From Octopus vulgaris (lineage: Eukaryota), in assembly GCA_951406725.2 (NCBI GenBank), contig OX597833.1:61380001-61444000 (forward strand): a DNA stretch of 64,000 nucleotides, in the 5' to 3' direction. How positions within the stretch are numbered: the first letter of the stretch is position 1; every line of letters begins with the position of its first letter. The position numbers and the translations under genes are program-made. A model generated the notes under the pieces. It did no database searches. It worked only from the letters and a program-made list of their open reading frames with translations, and had not been told where the DNA came from. Positions 1 through 13,844 of the stretch are shown in pieces.

Positions 1-811
1 CAAACTTGGCTACTATGGCAGAACAGCAAGAAGGAAGCCACCTCTTCAACCAGCCAATATTAAAATTGAGAGAAGATTGGGCCAGTGAGATGATGGAGTG
101 GCCGCTAGCATTTTGGGACACTATTATATTCTCTGATGAGTCTGAATTTCCTGTATTTTCTGACAGTGGTGAAGTGTGGGTCTGGAGACTCTGTGATCAA
201 GAATTTGACATGAAAAGGTTGCTGCCAACAATGAAACAAGGCAGCTATTCTGTGATGGTCTGGAGAATAATTTGGAGCAATGGTCGATCAGAGCTGATGG
301 AATGTGAGGGAAAAAAACTCAGATAAATATATGTCCATATTGCAGAAAGAACTCCTAATCTTCTTCAATGGTGAAATGATTAAAGAAGACCCTTTATTTA
401 TGGAAGATGGGGCTCCTTGTTACACGGCTAAAAAGACCCAAGATTAGTTGGGAAAGAATGGCATTAAAAAACTTCCATGACCAAGCCAGTCACTAGATAT
501 GAACCCAATTGACCACATCTAGGGCATAATGGTTAGGACACTTCATAAAATGAACAAGAAAGCATCCTCAAAGCCAGATCTTTTGAGATTACTGCTTGAA
601 ACTTGGCAATAAATTCCCCAAGAGAATATACTTCATCTGATCAGTAGCATGCCTTATAGGATCCTTGCATTGAAAACTGCAAAGGGCGTGTCTAGTAAAT
701 ATTAAATATTCATCTTATAACAATTAATAAATAATTTGAATGTATAATTTCAGATTTAAATAAATTTTGATGTTTATAAGGGTGTCTATTTACTTGTGTT
801 ATGTCTGTGTA
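1..811 (+). mobile_element. Degenerate Tc1-family DNA transposon (3' part, runs off window start)
   Basis: ORF 6..326 has IIFSDES, VWR and SVMVW motifs. Interrupted downstream frames give FMEDGAPCYTAK and PSQSLDMNPIDH (DD34E-type). Ends in a TIR-like ...atgtctgtgTA at ~811. Confidence 0.85.
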
Positions 812-1154
812 CAAGATACTGTAATTATGATTTGTGATAAAATGCAGAAACTCTCAGAGTTAGGAGGGAGGTGTTTCAGGAATTAGGTCAATCTCTAATA
901 TATTCACATGATGGTTGTATTGTTTACTGACCTCAGAAGTATGTAAGTCAAAGTTGACCCTGCTGGAATCTGAACTCAGAATGTACTGAACCATGACTGA
1001 TTATCGTATGACATTTTGTTCACCACTTCAGTGATTCTATAAGTGACAGTTTAGACATAAAGAAATTTGCTGACTTAATCATGTTTATGAATATATTTAC
1101 GGTTTAAAGATATCTAACAGCTAGCATTACCTGCAAAACAACACCAGAAGCAAG

Positions 1155-4100
1155 ATGGCCTTTACAAATATCCCTTTCAGAGGTAAGCAGTAAATCCTTT
1201 ATTATATCTATTTACTGCAATTGTATTGCTGAAAACTGGGTCTTTAGTATCATATCACTGAACTAACACTCAGAGCTGCTTAGTTAAACAAATTGACCCT
1301 AGTACATAGTTTTTTTGTTCATCTCGTTTGTTATGGGGACGTAAACATACCAACACTGGTTATCAAGCAGTGGTGGAGTCAAGCACAGACACAAATATAT
1401 ATATATACAATGAGCTTCTTTCAGTTTCCATCAACCAAATCCACTCACAAGACTTTGGTTGGCCTGAGGCTATAGCAGAAGACACTTGTCCAACATACCA
1501 TGTAGTGGGATTGAACCTGGAACCATGTAGTTGGGAAGCAAATTTCTTACCACGCATCCACACTTGTGCCTATTAGTTCAATTTTCCTTCATAGTCACTC
1601 TTTTATATATTTTTTTATGTTGTCTAACTTTTATTTTTTGTTTGCTATTTGTTGCAATTTTCTTTCAATCAAAATATTTTTGTTATTGTTGTTTTCTACA
1701 ATCGAGGATTTCAGCCGTTCAATTACCCACTGATTCTACTATAAGGTTAGTGGCTGAGTATTCCAGAGACACATCTCCCTTAACATACTTTCCTGTCAGA
1801 ATCAACAAGACACTGTGTAACAAAATTGGGTTCTCTGAATAACAGATACTCGGTTTAGGTTTGAGAGCGGCGGCCAATGACAGTACCACCTGACTTGGCT
1901 GATGCCAGTACTGCCTGACTGTTACCCATGCCGGTGGCATGTAAAAAGCACCATTCGAGAGTGGTCGATGCCATTCCCACTGGACTGGTTCCTGTGCTGG
2001 TGGCATGTAAAATGCACCATATGAACATGGTCGATGTCAGTGCTGTCTGATTGGCCCCATGCTGGTGGCACGTAAAAAGAACCATTCAAGCATAGTTGAT
2101 GCCTGTACCACCTGACTGGTCCTCATGCCAGTGGCACATAAAAAGTACCAACTACATTCTCGGGGTGGTTGGCATTAGGAAGGGTATCCAGCTGTAGAAA
2201 CCATGCCAGATAAGATTGGAGCCTGGTGCAGTCTTCTGGCTTACCAGTTCTCAGTCAAACCGTCCAACCCATGCCAACATAGAAAGCAGATGTTAAACGA
2301 TGATGATGATTGGCAGGCAGTGATCTGGCAGAAACGTTAGCATGCCGGTCAAAATGCTTAGTGGTATTTCGTTTGTCTTTATGTTCTGAGTTCAAATTCT
2401 GCTGAGGTCGACTTTGCTTTTCATCCTTTCGGGGTTCATCATCATCATCATCATCATCGTTTAACGTCCGCTTTCCATGCTAGCATGGGTTGGACGGTTC
2501 AACTGGGGTCTGGGAAGCCTGAAGGCTGCACCAGGCCAGTCATATCTGGTGGTGTTTCTACAGCTGGATGCCCTTCCTAATGCCAACCACTCCGTGAGTG
2601 TAGTGGGCGCTTTTTATGTGCCACCGACACAGGTGCCAGACGAGGATGGCAAACGGCCACACTCGGATGGTGCTTTTTACGTGCTACCGGCATGGAGGCC
2701 AGGCGAGGCTAAATTAAATATCAGTTGTGTACTGGGGTCGATCTAATCGAACGCCCCCCTCCCCCAAAATTTCGGGACTTGTGCCTAGAGTAGAAAAGAA
2801 TACTAATAAATTTTAGGCAGGGAGCTGGCGGAATCATTAGCATGGTGGGTAAAATGCTTAGCGGTATTTTGTCTGTCTTTATGTTCTAAGTTCAAATTCC
2901 ATCATGGTCAACTTTGCCTTTCATCCTTTCAAGCTCAATAAATAAGTACTAGTTGAGTACTGGGGTCAAGTTAATTGACTGGCCCCACCCCAAAAATTTC
3001 GGGCCCTGTGCCTAGAGTAGAAAAGAATTATTGACCTCATGCTAACAAGTCATGCTATAGGCGCAGGAGTGGCTGTGTGGTAAGTAGCTTGCGTACCAAC
3101 CACATGGTTCTGGGTTCAGTCCCACTGCGTGGCATCTTGGGCAAGTGTCTTCTGCTATAGCCTTGGGCCGACCAAAGCCTTGTGAGTGGATTTGGTAGAC
3201 GGAAACTGAAAGAAGCCTGTCGTATATATGTATATATATGTATGTATGTATATGTTTGTGTGTCTGTGTTTGTCCCCATAGCATTGCTTGACAACCGATG
3301 CTGGTGTGTTTACGTCCCCGTCACTTAGCGGTTCGGCAAAAGAGACAGATAGAATAAGTACTGGGCTTACAAAGAATAAGTCCCGGGGTCGATTTGCTCA
3401 ACTAAAGGCGGTGCTCCAGCATGGCCGCAGTCAAATGACTGAAACAAGTAAAAGAGTAAAGAGTAAGTCAGGTGACATTTGTGGTGGTGGGGTGCTGGGG
3501 ATATACATTACGATGTCTGTATGTGTAGCAAGATCCCAGATTTTGGATCAATAATTCATTGTGGATCTAAGAAGTCTGTGTTTTTAGTAGCAGCCCCAGA
3601 GCTGGATTAACCATTAAGCAAAATAAACATGTGCTTTGGGCATCAAAGAAAGTGGGACATCACTGAATTGGTAACTGGTTTACGGCACAAAAGAAATCAC
3701 TTTAAACTTGCTAAACATAATATTCAAAGTATTTTATATGATTGGAAATATAGTTTTGAAGTGTTCATGGTGTCATAATGAGGATCTGATCAAAGACTTA
3801 GCAATTAAAAAATGCAAGTGAAAACTTTTCAAATATATTTAAAGTGGAAATTACCAAAATAAATATTATTTTCCATCTTACTGTTAGTTTTGTTTAATTT
3901 GAAGAACAAAAATTTATTTTTTAGTTTATAATTGTTTATATTTCGAATTGCATATATATGGAGACACCAAAATCTTTTAAGTACTTAGAGCATCTTTGGG
4001 TCTTAATTTGGCTGTGAGTGGTACCATCCTGGAGTTAGAAGTCAGTACTCCATTGTGGGTTTGAGATGTCTGTTTGTTTAACAGCAGTGCCATCTCAGAG

Positions 4101-6453
4101 GTGTGTGTTGTGTACTCCATTGAGGGTCTCTTTCTGCTTAGCATCCCCACAGTCCTGGGTGTGGATGCACTATTTCATTCCAGGTTTATCTGAACATCTG
4201 AACTCACTTGAATATCTGGGCTCATCTGGACATCTGGGCTTACCTGAACATCTGAGCCAACCTGAACATCTGGGCTCACCTAAACATCTGGGCTCATCTG
4301 AACATCTGAGCTCACCTAAACATCTGACTCACCTGAATATCTGGGCTCACCTGAACATCTGGGCTTACCTGAATATCTGGGGTCACCTGAACATCTGGGC
4401 TTATCTGAACATCTGGGCTCACCTAAACATCTGACTCACCTGAATATCTGGCTCACCTGAACATCTGGGCTTACCTGAATACCTGAATGAGCTCACCTGA
4501 ACATCTGAGATCATATGAACACCTGGGCACACCTAAACACCTGGGCTCACCTGAACATCTGAGATCATATGAACACCTGGGCACACCTAAACACCTGGGC
4601 TCACCTGAACATCTGAGATCATATGAACACCTGGGCACACTTAAACACCTGGGCTCACCTGAACATCTGGGCTCACCTGAACATTTGGGCTTCATTTCAT
4701 ATTAATATAGTTGAGGAGTGAGTACAGTTAGGGAGAAGCGAAGGGTGGTACCACCTGCATGTGGCTGGGTTAGAAGGTCATTGATGAATAAGAGGAAGAA
4801 TGTGGAATAAACAAAACTGAATCTTAGGTCACAGGAGATAATTATTTTAATTAAAAGACAAGTTAATGATTACAATGTTTACTTTACTATATAATTATGC
4901 AAATGCAAAGATAAAATAATGACTGCCCTGTTTTTGCGTGAAATATGATTATTTCAATTAAAAGATAAGTCAGTGGTCTGACTACTGACACCAATGACCT
5001 CTTTGAGATAAGACCAATATAGACACTGTGGACTACAGGGCTTGACCAATGAAGTTATGGCAGTTTTTGAGGTTATACAGTGCAGTCTAGTGGTTATGAG
5101 GTTAGACCATTGTCCCCCTGCCTCCTGTTTAGTAGAGTCAGTTCATTGCCTGGTTTAACCCCTCACCAGGTCCTCGGTGGGTGAGTGACTTTAGTAGGGT
5201 CCCCGTATTTTAACTGAGTATAGTCACTTCCCTTCTTTGCACAAACTTCAGAGCCTTTGAGAAAGGGTCCTGGATAATGATGATGCAGTATCAGGCAGTA
5301 TCAGATAGTGGCTCTCATGGCTTCTTAACTGACTGGAAGTGTTATCGTGTACATTGTTTTGTCTTGGTATAAAAGATTGGCCACAGCAAATATTCTGCTC
5401 AGTACCACAGATTTGCTTGTCAGTTGTTTGACCTTAACCAGTTGAGCATATCCCTTGGTGGCTGATGATATGTGCATCTCTGATCATGAGCAGAAGTAGT
5501 TGGGGAGCATCATAGCCATGTGCTGAGAGGGATTCTTTGGAATTTGAATAATTCATCTCTCGAAACATAGGTCTTTCATTCAGCATCCTTAAACAACCCT
5601 TATTCAAGGATCATTTGAGCAGGATGGGCTACTTGACCTGAATAAAATTCTAACAGATATTACTGATAATATATGCACCCAACAATATCTACACCCATTA
5701 ATATATGCACCAAGCAATCTATACATAGAACAATTATACACCCAACAATCTTATTATTTGTTTATGTCCTTAATTAACTTTGTTCCTTTTCCTCTCTCTC
5801 CATTTCTTTCCTCAAGTTCTCCGTTATTCCATGAAATGCAACTACTGCTTCATAAAGCCAGTCAAAAACCGTCAAATTGTCAGCAATAAATGGTTCTCTG
5901 TCCATTACTTAAGCATTTCTACCGTCAGCAAACAGCAGAGTGTCATCAACGTCACAGAACAAGATGTGAAGACAGACAATTTGAATTTCGATGAGCATGT
6001 GGATATTTTCAAAAAGAAATCTTTCACTGAATTGTTAAGGTCTTATCTAATATTTGGTTTGTGCTCCAGTGATTTGTTGGTCTCGAAGAGTGGCTGGGTT
6101 TGTAAATCCTTTTCTTATTAATATAATATATTCTTATTACGCTTGCATAACCCCAGGTCAGCATTGACTGTACAGGTAGACTTATGAACAAAAGCTTTGT
6201 TTGTATCCATGGTAACTATATCTATGTTAGGTGCAGGCATGGCTGTGCGATAGGAAGTTTGCTTCCCAACCACATGGCTTTGGGTTCAATCCAGATGCCA
6301 TTCCTAATGCCAACCCTCACCTGTTTTTAAGTAAGGGAATATTTTCCCATGACCAGATATGTTTTCGTGGAGGACTGGAAATGAAAGACCCCACTTGTAT
6401 GAGGGTGACACTCGTTTACAATTATCACATGATGTCAAGGAAAGGAAATACAA

Positions 6454-6484
<31 letters not shown>

Positions 6485-9400
6485 TGATGGGTTTTCACAC
6501 AGTTTCCTTCTGACAAATCTATGCACGAAGCTGTGGTTAGCCTGGGGCTATAGTAGAAGACACATGCACAAGGTGCTATGCAGTAGGAGTGAACCCAGAT
6601 CCATGTGGTTGGAAAGTAAACTTCACACAACCACATATGCACCTATATATATATATATAGTTTTCATTTGTTTCAATGCCAACCAGTTTACAGAGCAGAT
6701 TGGGTGCTTTCTATGCGGCACCAGCACCAATGCGGTCTGCTATAAATACACATATATACATAAATACATATATCTATACATAAATAAATACATCCATATA
6801 TAGTATGTATGTGTCTATGTATGAATGTATGTACGTATGTATGTATGTATGTATGTATGTATGTATGTATGTATGCATAAATGTATGTATGCATAAATGT
6901 ATGTATGCATGAGTATATCCATTGCTGTTGTATTTTGCCAAAGATTGTAAGCGTCAATGAGAAATATTGAAAAACTGGTGATCTTCACTGCAAAGTCATT
7001 TCTAGCATACAGGGTGGGTAGAAAGTAACTAGACATTAGAAATTGCTTATAGAATTTTTGGCCATGATGAAAACATTTTTTAAACATACAACACTAATGG
7101 GGTTTTTTTATTTTCTTATTGCCTTATTTTCTATTTCTTACTTTCCAGATTGCCAGTCGCTAAGTGAGCTAAGATCGCAGCACATTATGAAAGGTGGAAT
7201 TCCATCGTTTTGGCTCAGAGATGGTGGTGTGCATGGAAAGGTAAGCATGCAACACTATGTCCGGAGGCAATAAAAATTTGCCATGCAAAGCTGATGACTA
7301 CAGGCCCTGTGAACGATGCAAGAAAAAGTGGTGTCCAACCACATACCGATCAATGGAGAATGTGGCAAAAGTGCAGGAAATGTTTAATCACAGCCTACAA
7401 AAATCAACATGTCAAGCAGTTCATAAAAACAGACTAACAAGATACACAATACATATAAAATAAATAAATGCACCCTTTTAAAGCCTAGCCAGTCTCATGG
7501 GCCCGGTTTCCCGGTTTCTATGGCGTATGTGTTCCCCAGCTGGATGGGACACCAGTCCATCGCAGCATTACTCATTTTTGCCAGCTGAGTGGACTGGAGC
7601 AACATGAAAGGAAGTGTTTTGCTCAAGAACACTACGCGTCGCTCGGTCCAGGAATCGAAACCACAATCTTACGATCATGGTGCTGACGCCCCCACACACA
7701 ATACATATGGCGTTGCATAAAGAATTGAATTTTCGTCTGTGGAAGCTCCATTATGTGCAGGAGCTAAAACCTGAAGACTGTGACCACAGAAGTCCAGAAG
7801 TCCAGAACTCCAAGATGTCCAGATCTTACTCCATGTGATTTTTACCTGTGTAGTTACACAAAGAGGTGTACAAGACAAAATTTCACACACCGGAGGACTT
7901 GGAGACATGGATTCAGGAGGTACTCAATATCTCAGATGACATCCTTCAGAAGGTTGTTTGAGGAAACTGGTTGATGTCACCAGTGCTTCTGTTGAAATAT
8001 GAAGATTTACTGTCATTTTCCCATGTAATAAAGAACATGTATCATTTGTTTCAATAAATTTGTAAAAGGAATATGGATTTTATTACCAATTTCTAATGCC
8101 TACTTACGTTTCATCCACCCCGTAGATCTAATAACGTTAAATTTTCCTGATTGCAAAGTAAAATAAATGAATTCAAGTAATTCTAGGTTCTTCTTTGTTT
8201 TGGAGATTCTCCAGAATTTCCTTTGGTGTGGTGTGTTTTAGGTGACCCCTGATGGATGACAAATTCTTGTAATTGAATCTGTTGAAGATGGATGTTTAGC
8301 GGTAAAGTTTAACCTATGGTAACTTATAAAGAATACGGTAACCAATGAGAATATGGTAACTGATAAAGAATTGATGGAAAAACATATTGATTCTATTTTC
8401 AGCTTCTTCGTACGGGAGAAAGAATCTTGGGAGAAAGATTAATGAGTGTAATTCTAAAATCAACTTTATATGGTCAGTTTGTGGCCGGAGAAACTAGACC
8501 TGAGATTGAGAAAACCATAAAAGCTTTGAAAGCTGCAGGAATTGGTTCTTTACTTGGAATGCCAATGGAACAAGATGCTGACGATAATGCTGGGTTTGCT
8601 AATAAATTGATTTCTTCTATCTCCTTCTCTTCTTCCTCCTTCTTCCCTTTTGTTCTTTCTCTTCCTTCTCCTTCACAAGTTCCATTCTTAGTTAAGTTCA
8701 TCTAAGTGAGAGACCTTCCACTGTCCAAAATAACAGACTGTTGGTCAAAAGTATCTTTTATCTTTTACTTGTTTCAGTCATTAGACTGTGGCCATGCTGT
8801 TTATGGAAGACAGCTGGTCTTCCATAAACAACCTTATACCCAGACTTGTGCCTTGGAGGAGAAGTTTCTAAGTGCAATTCCATGGTCATTCATGAGTGCA
8901 GGGTGTCTTTAATCAATTTGTTGCGCATAAACTTTAACAACAAAATCTTATTTGATCCCCTTAGGGCAGTGGTTTTCAACCAGGGTTCTGCGGAACCTTA
9001 GGGTTCTGCCAGTACAGTCCAGGGGTTCCGCAAGAAGTTACAAAACTGCTAAAATCGGCAGTAATTTTTAAATCTCCTGTGCAGATATGTGTGCATAAGA
9101 CTATTAAATTATTGCACAGGGGTCCCTCGAGCCAGTGGAATGTTTCCTTGGGGTTCCGCTCCAGCAAAAAGTTTGAAAAGCACTGCCTTAGGGTCATATA
9201 GACCTCTGTTGCAAGCCACTGATCAAAATCAATCAGTCTCTATGTCTGTACATATGTATGTATGTATTTCATTTCATCAACCCCAGAAGAACAAAAGTCT
9301 TTGTCTTCTGTTGCAATTCCATTCACATCCATTCACAATGAATACATCAATGTATTCCTTATTTCACTAAGTACCATAAGGAGATATCATAATAGAAAAT

Positions 9401-10461
9401 CATTATTTCAATGGTACTTCCATGAATCTGGGGAAGATGAAAGCCAAAATCTTCTCTTATAATTTCATTCTCATTTATAACTTTACCAATATTGACTCCA
9501 ATTAGGGAAAGACATAACTGGTTTGAGAAAAACTTTAAAATAATGATGGATGCCATCGACCTCGTCTATGAATTGGACAAAGAATTTCCTATGACCCATG
9601 CCAAAATGACAGCTTTAATGCCAACAGACATATTGGTAAGTACACTGATGTATGTTGCTGTTATTTAACCCTAGGTTGGTCCTGATAGAGTAGATATTCA
9701 GATTCTTAGATTTTCAGACTTTTTGGTTACTATTACTAGCAAATGGAGTGACTGCATTGAGGATCTCTTAAACAATTGGACATAACTATTTAGCCACAGG
9801 TCTGCCCGAATCAAGCAGACTTTTATAATCAAAGTCACTCCACTTGTGTCTGACCTATATTTTATTCTGTCACAGTGTATCACGGACTACTATATCCAAT
9901 GTGACTGTCCTTCCTATTGTTGTTGTCATTTAGCTCCAAGTTTACCCTAGTCATACAGACCTCTAAACAGAGGTTTTCCATTCATGGTTGTCTCTCTTTG
10001 CTTCCTCAGATATTTTATCTTTTATCATTTCTGGTACAAATACTTTTTCAAACTTCTTCCTAGGTGACCATATCCAATCTATTTCCTAAACCAACAGAAC
10101 ATCCAGACGTTCTGATGCATATAGCCGAATGTATGAAAACTGGGCAAAAAGTAAGTTGACCATCTACTATCATTATTTTTATTATTATTTGTAGTGTGTG
10201 CGAGATTGGAATATAAAGGCACCTACCTTCTCTTCGCTCTGACGGAGAGCCTTCAGTGGTAACGGATCCTCCGACACAGCCCCAACCCGAACGCTAAAGA
10301 TAGCAGCTGCTTCACCCAACCTTAGCAACGTCTTCACCCGTCTTAACCCGTCGACGACCCTCATTCGAAAGTTGAAATCGACGCTCCCTGCGCGCCTCAC
10401 GGCTGCCCCTTCCGGTTGCCCCAACTTCCGGTCAGCTCACCCAGCTGCTGACATCATGCCA

Positions 10462-10511
<50 letters not shown>

Positions 10512-13500
10512 GGATAGATGATGATGATGTTTTGACTCAGGTTCATTCTTATTTCTGGTAGGATTTATGTGAGTAGTGGGTTACGACCTGCAACCTTCAG
10601 CATCCACAAGCTTTCAATAGTCTTTTAGGAGCTTAAAGCCCTCCTAATAACCTTTCCCGTCCCCAAGAGGCAAACTTTGTGAAGAAGCTCAACAAAACAT
10701 TCTATTTCAATCTCCTTCAACCTTTAGTCTCTATCTTCACTCACAGTTCCCAAATGCACCAATTATTACAGGTACAACCTTTATAGTTTTCTTACTTCAA
10801 ATATTTACAATTTCAAATTTTAAGGGATTGTATATATTTTGTTTTTCATCCGCTTACTTTATCAATCCTGGAATGAAATGGCCATGCTGGATCAATTAGT
10901 AAGCAACTTTGCTTTTCCTTGTCTATAATTGTTACGTCTGGTCTATCATTAGCATGCCAGACAAAATGCTTAAGAACATTTCGTCTATCTCTATATTCTG
11001 AGTTCAAATTCTGCTGAAGTTGACTTTGCCTTCCATCTTTTTGGGGTTGATGAAATAAGTAACATTTGAACACTTAGACTGATATAATCGACCCCAGTGA
11101 AACTGCTGGCCTTGTGCCAAAATTTGAAACCATCATTATTATTATCATTAAAGGTGGTGAGCTGGCGGTATCATTAGCATGCTGGGCAAAAGGCTTAGTG
11201 GTATTTTGTCTGTCTTTACATTCTGAGTTCAAATTCCCCATAGGTCGACTTTGCCTTTCATCCTTTGGGTGTTGATAAAATAGGTACCAGTTCTGTACTA
11301 GGGTCAATGTAATTGACTTAACCCTTCTCCCCAAATTTTAGGCTTTATACCTATAGAAGAAAGGATTATTTTTATTATCATTATTCATTTGATATTGGCT
11401 GGATAACGAAAACCTGCCAAGTGATAACCAGTAACACAAGGCAGGCATTATAGTGTATTGTTATTGTTCAACACAATTTCCTGTCTTCTTGGGTTAAAAA
11501 TCGATTTTTTTTTTACTGTTTTTATTGATTTAGTTGAAAATAGATGGACTCAACACTGCACAACTTGAAGAATTGCAGGAAGCTTTGTACAAATTACGAA
11601 GAATTGGAGAGGTAAGCTCTGGTTTTTCACATATTTATATATTTATTATCTATTATGTTGTTGCTGTTTAACCCTTGAACTGATAAAACTGACACTGCTT
11701 TGTATATATAAGTATGGCACTCTGTCAGTTACCACGATGAGGGTTTCAGTTAATTCAATCAGTGGAACAGCCTGCTCATGAAATTAATGCGCAAAGTGGA
11801 GGTACAATGGCCCAGTGGTTAGGGCAGCGGATTTGCGGTCGTAGGATCACTGTTTGGATTCCCAGACCGGGCATTGTGTGTTTATTGAGTGAAAACACTT
11901 AAAGCGCCATGAGGGATCTATATGGAAAAGGGAGTTGACATTTTCAAAAAGAACATTGACTTTCTACTGTCCAAGATCCCAGATGAGTCTCTATCACAGC
12001 AAGAAACTCAAATGGAGGCAGCATGTCAAATTCCTTCATTCATCAAAAGCCAACCACATGAGAATGGCCATTGTAAAGCTGATGGAAATGGTAGTTCTCC
12101 AGCATGGCCATAGCTTTTGGGGTAGAACACATTGAGGATTAAAGGTGTATGTGTGTGTGTGTGTCTGTCTGTTTTTGTCCCCCACCACCTCTTGACAACT
12201 GGTGGTGGTTTGTTTACATTCCTGTAACTTAGCAATTTGGCAAAAAGATACCGATAGAACAAATACGAAGCTTAAAAAAAATAGGTCCCAGATTGATAAA
12301 CCCTTCACGAGGCAGTGCTCCAGCATGTCCACGGTCCAATTACTGAAATAATTAAAAGATATAAGATCTCTATGGTCAAGTCTAGATTTGTTTGTTTCTC
12401 TGTTTTTCTTTTCTTTGCAGTATGCTGTTGAGAAAGATGTGATCTTCATGTTTGATGCTGAACACACCTATGTCAATCCTGGTCTTAATATTCTCACTCT
12501 TGCCATGATGCTCAATTATAATCATTCCAAACCATTGATATTCTACACCTACCAAAGCTATCTCAAGGTATGGATTCCTTCCTTTCTTCATTTGTTTTAT
12601 CTGTTTTCCAAATAAGTATGGGTCAAATGTCATCAAAGCATCTGTTTCACAGTTGGAAGCCCTTCCTGTCACTAACCCTTATCTGTTTTTCAAATACGAG
12701 ATCTCCTGTTTCACACAGCTTCAAAGGCATGATGCAGGTGTAGTGACGCCTGGTTCCAGACACCATTTTGCAATTTTCATCTACGGATGCACAGTGATTA
12801 GTCTTCCGGAAGGCCTGCCGGACACCCCTTATGTGCATATGCAGTCATCAGCTGCAGCTAGGCTTGACCGCTATTCTCTCTCTTCAGCCCCTGGCTGCCG
12901 ACCGAGCTACACGCAACCAGACAAACTCCGTGTGAAATCGATCTACAACTTAGGCAAATCTGCGAAGAATGCCTTCACAATTGTGATTAAACCAACTCTG
13001 CTACTTCCACCCCCCAACCCCTGGCATCCAGGCTACCAATGTCCAGAGAGGAAATGCTTATTTCGGCAAAATAAATTATTATTGCTATTTATTCGAAGAT
13101 TCTTGTTCCTGCTATTTTCCTTTCCACGACTATGTAAAGAATTGTGAGGCACCCATCCAGTGACAACCTCGCTTCCTACACAGGTAAACAATATGTTGAT
13201 AGAAGAGATATTATATTTTTTACTAGCTAAAGAAAAATCGATTATTAAACCTTTGGAACTAATTATGAGATGTCACCATAAAATTAGGAAAACTTTCAAG
13301 AAATATAATGCGACATATTTAGTATAGAATTATCTGATTCCCAGCTGAATCCTATTTTGAGAAAATTTCTAAATGGACATCTGCATCAATATATCATATA
13401 TCCTAGCTTTAAAAGAACTTTACCTGGACCTATGCTAGCTCTGAAATCTAAGTGCCATGAATGCATATGTCCACAAATGAACTATTATATTTACATTTAT

Positions 13501-13792
13501 TTATTTATAATTGAGTAATCGATGAGTTTGAGAAAATGAATGTAAGCATGGAGAATTTTTGGTGGGTTTTTTTGTTTTTTTTGATATTTTTGTATAGGCG
13601 ATTGCTGTGTGGTAAGGAGCTTGATACCGAACCACATGGTTCTGGGTTCAGTTTCACTGTGTGGCACCTTGGGTAAGTGTCTTCTGCTGTAGCTTTAGGC
13701 TGACCAAAGCCTTGTGAGTGGATTTCGTAGATGGAAACTGAAAGAACATTGTATATATATGTATGTGTGTGTGTGTGTGTGTGTGTGCGTGC

Positions 13793-13844
<52 letters not shown>

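Noticed and set aside
130-150. CTGATGAG as a hammerhead core
   Set aside because: It is the FSDES codons of the Tc1 transposase, with no stem II-GAAA following.
4066-4705. SPEHLG / RCSGEP repeat protein, or a CRISPR-like array
   Set aside because: Tandem 18-bp units with no unique spacers, frameshifts inside the array, eukaryotic intron and no cas genes.
12653-13147. 164-aa ORF in copy A intron 7
   Set aside because: Lies largely within the solo LTR and has no protein motif.
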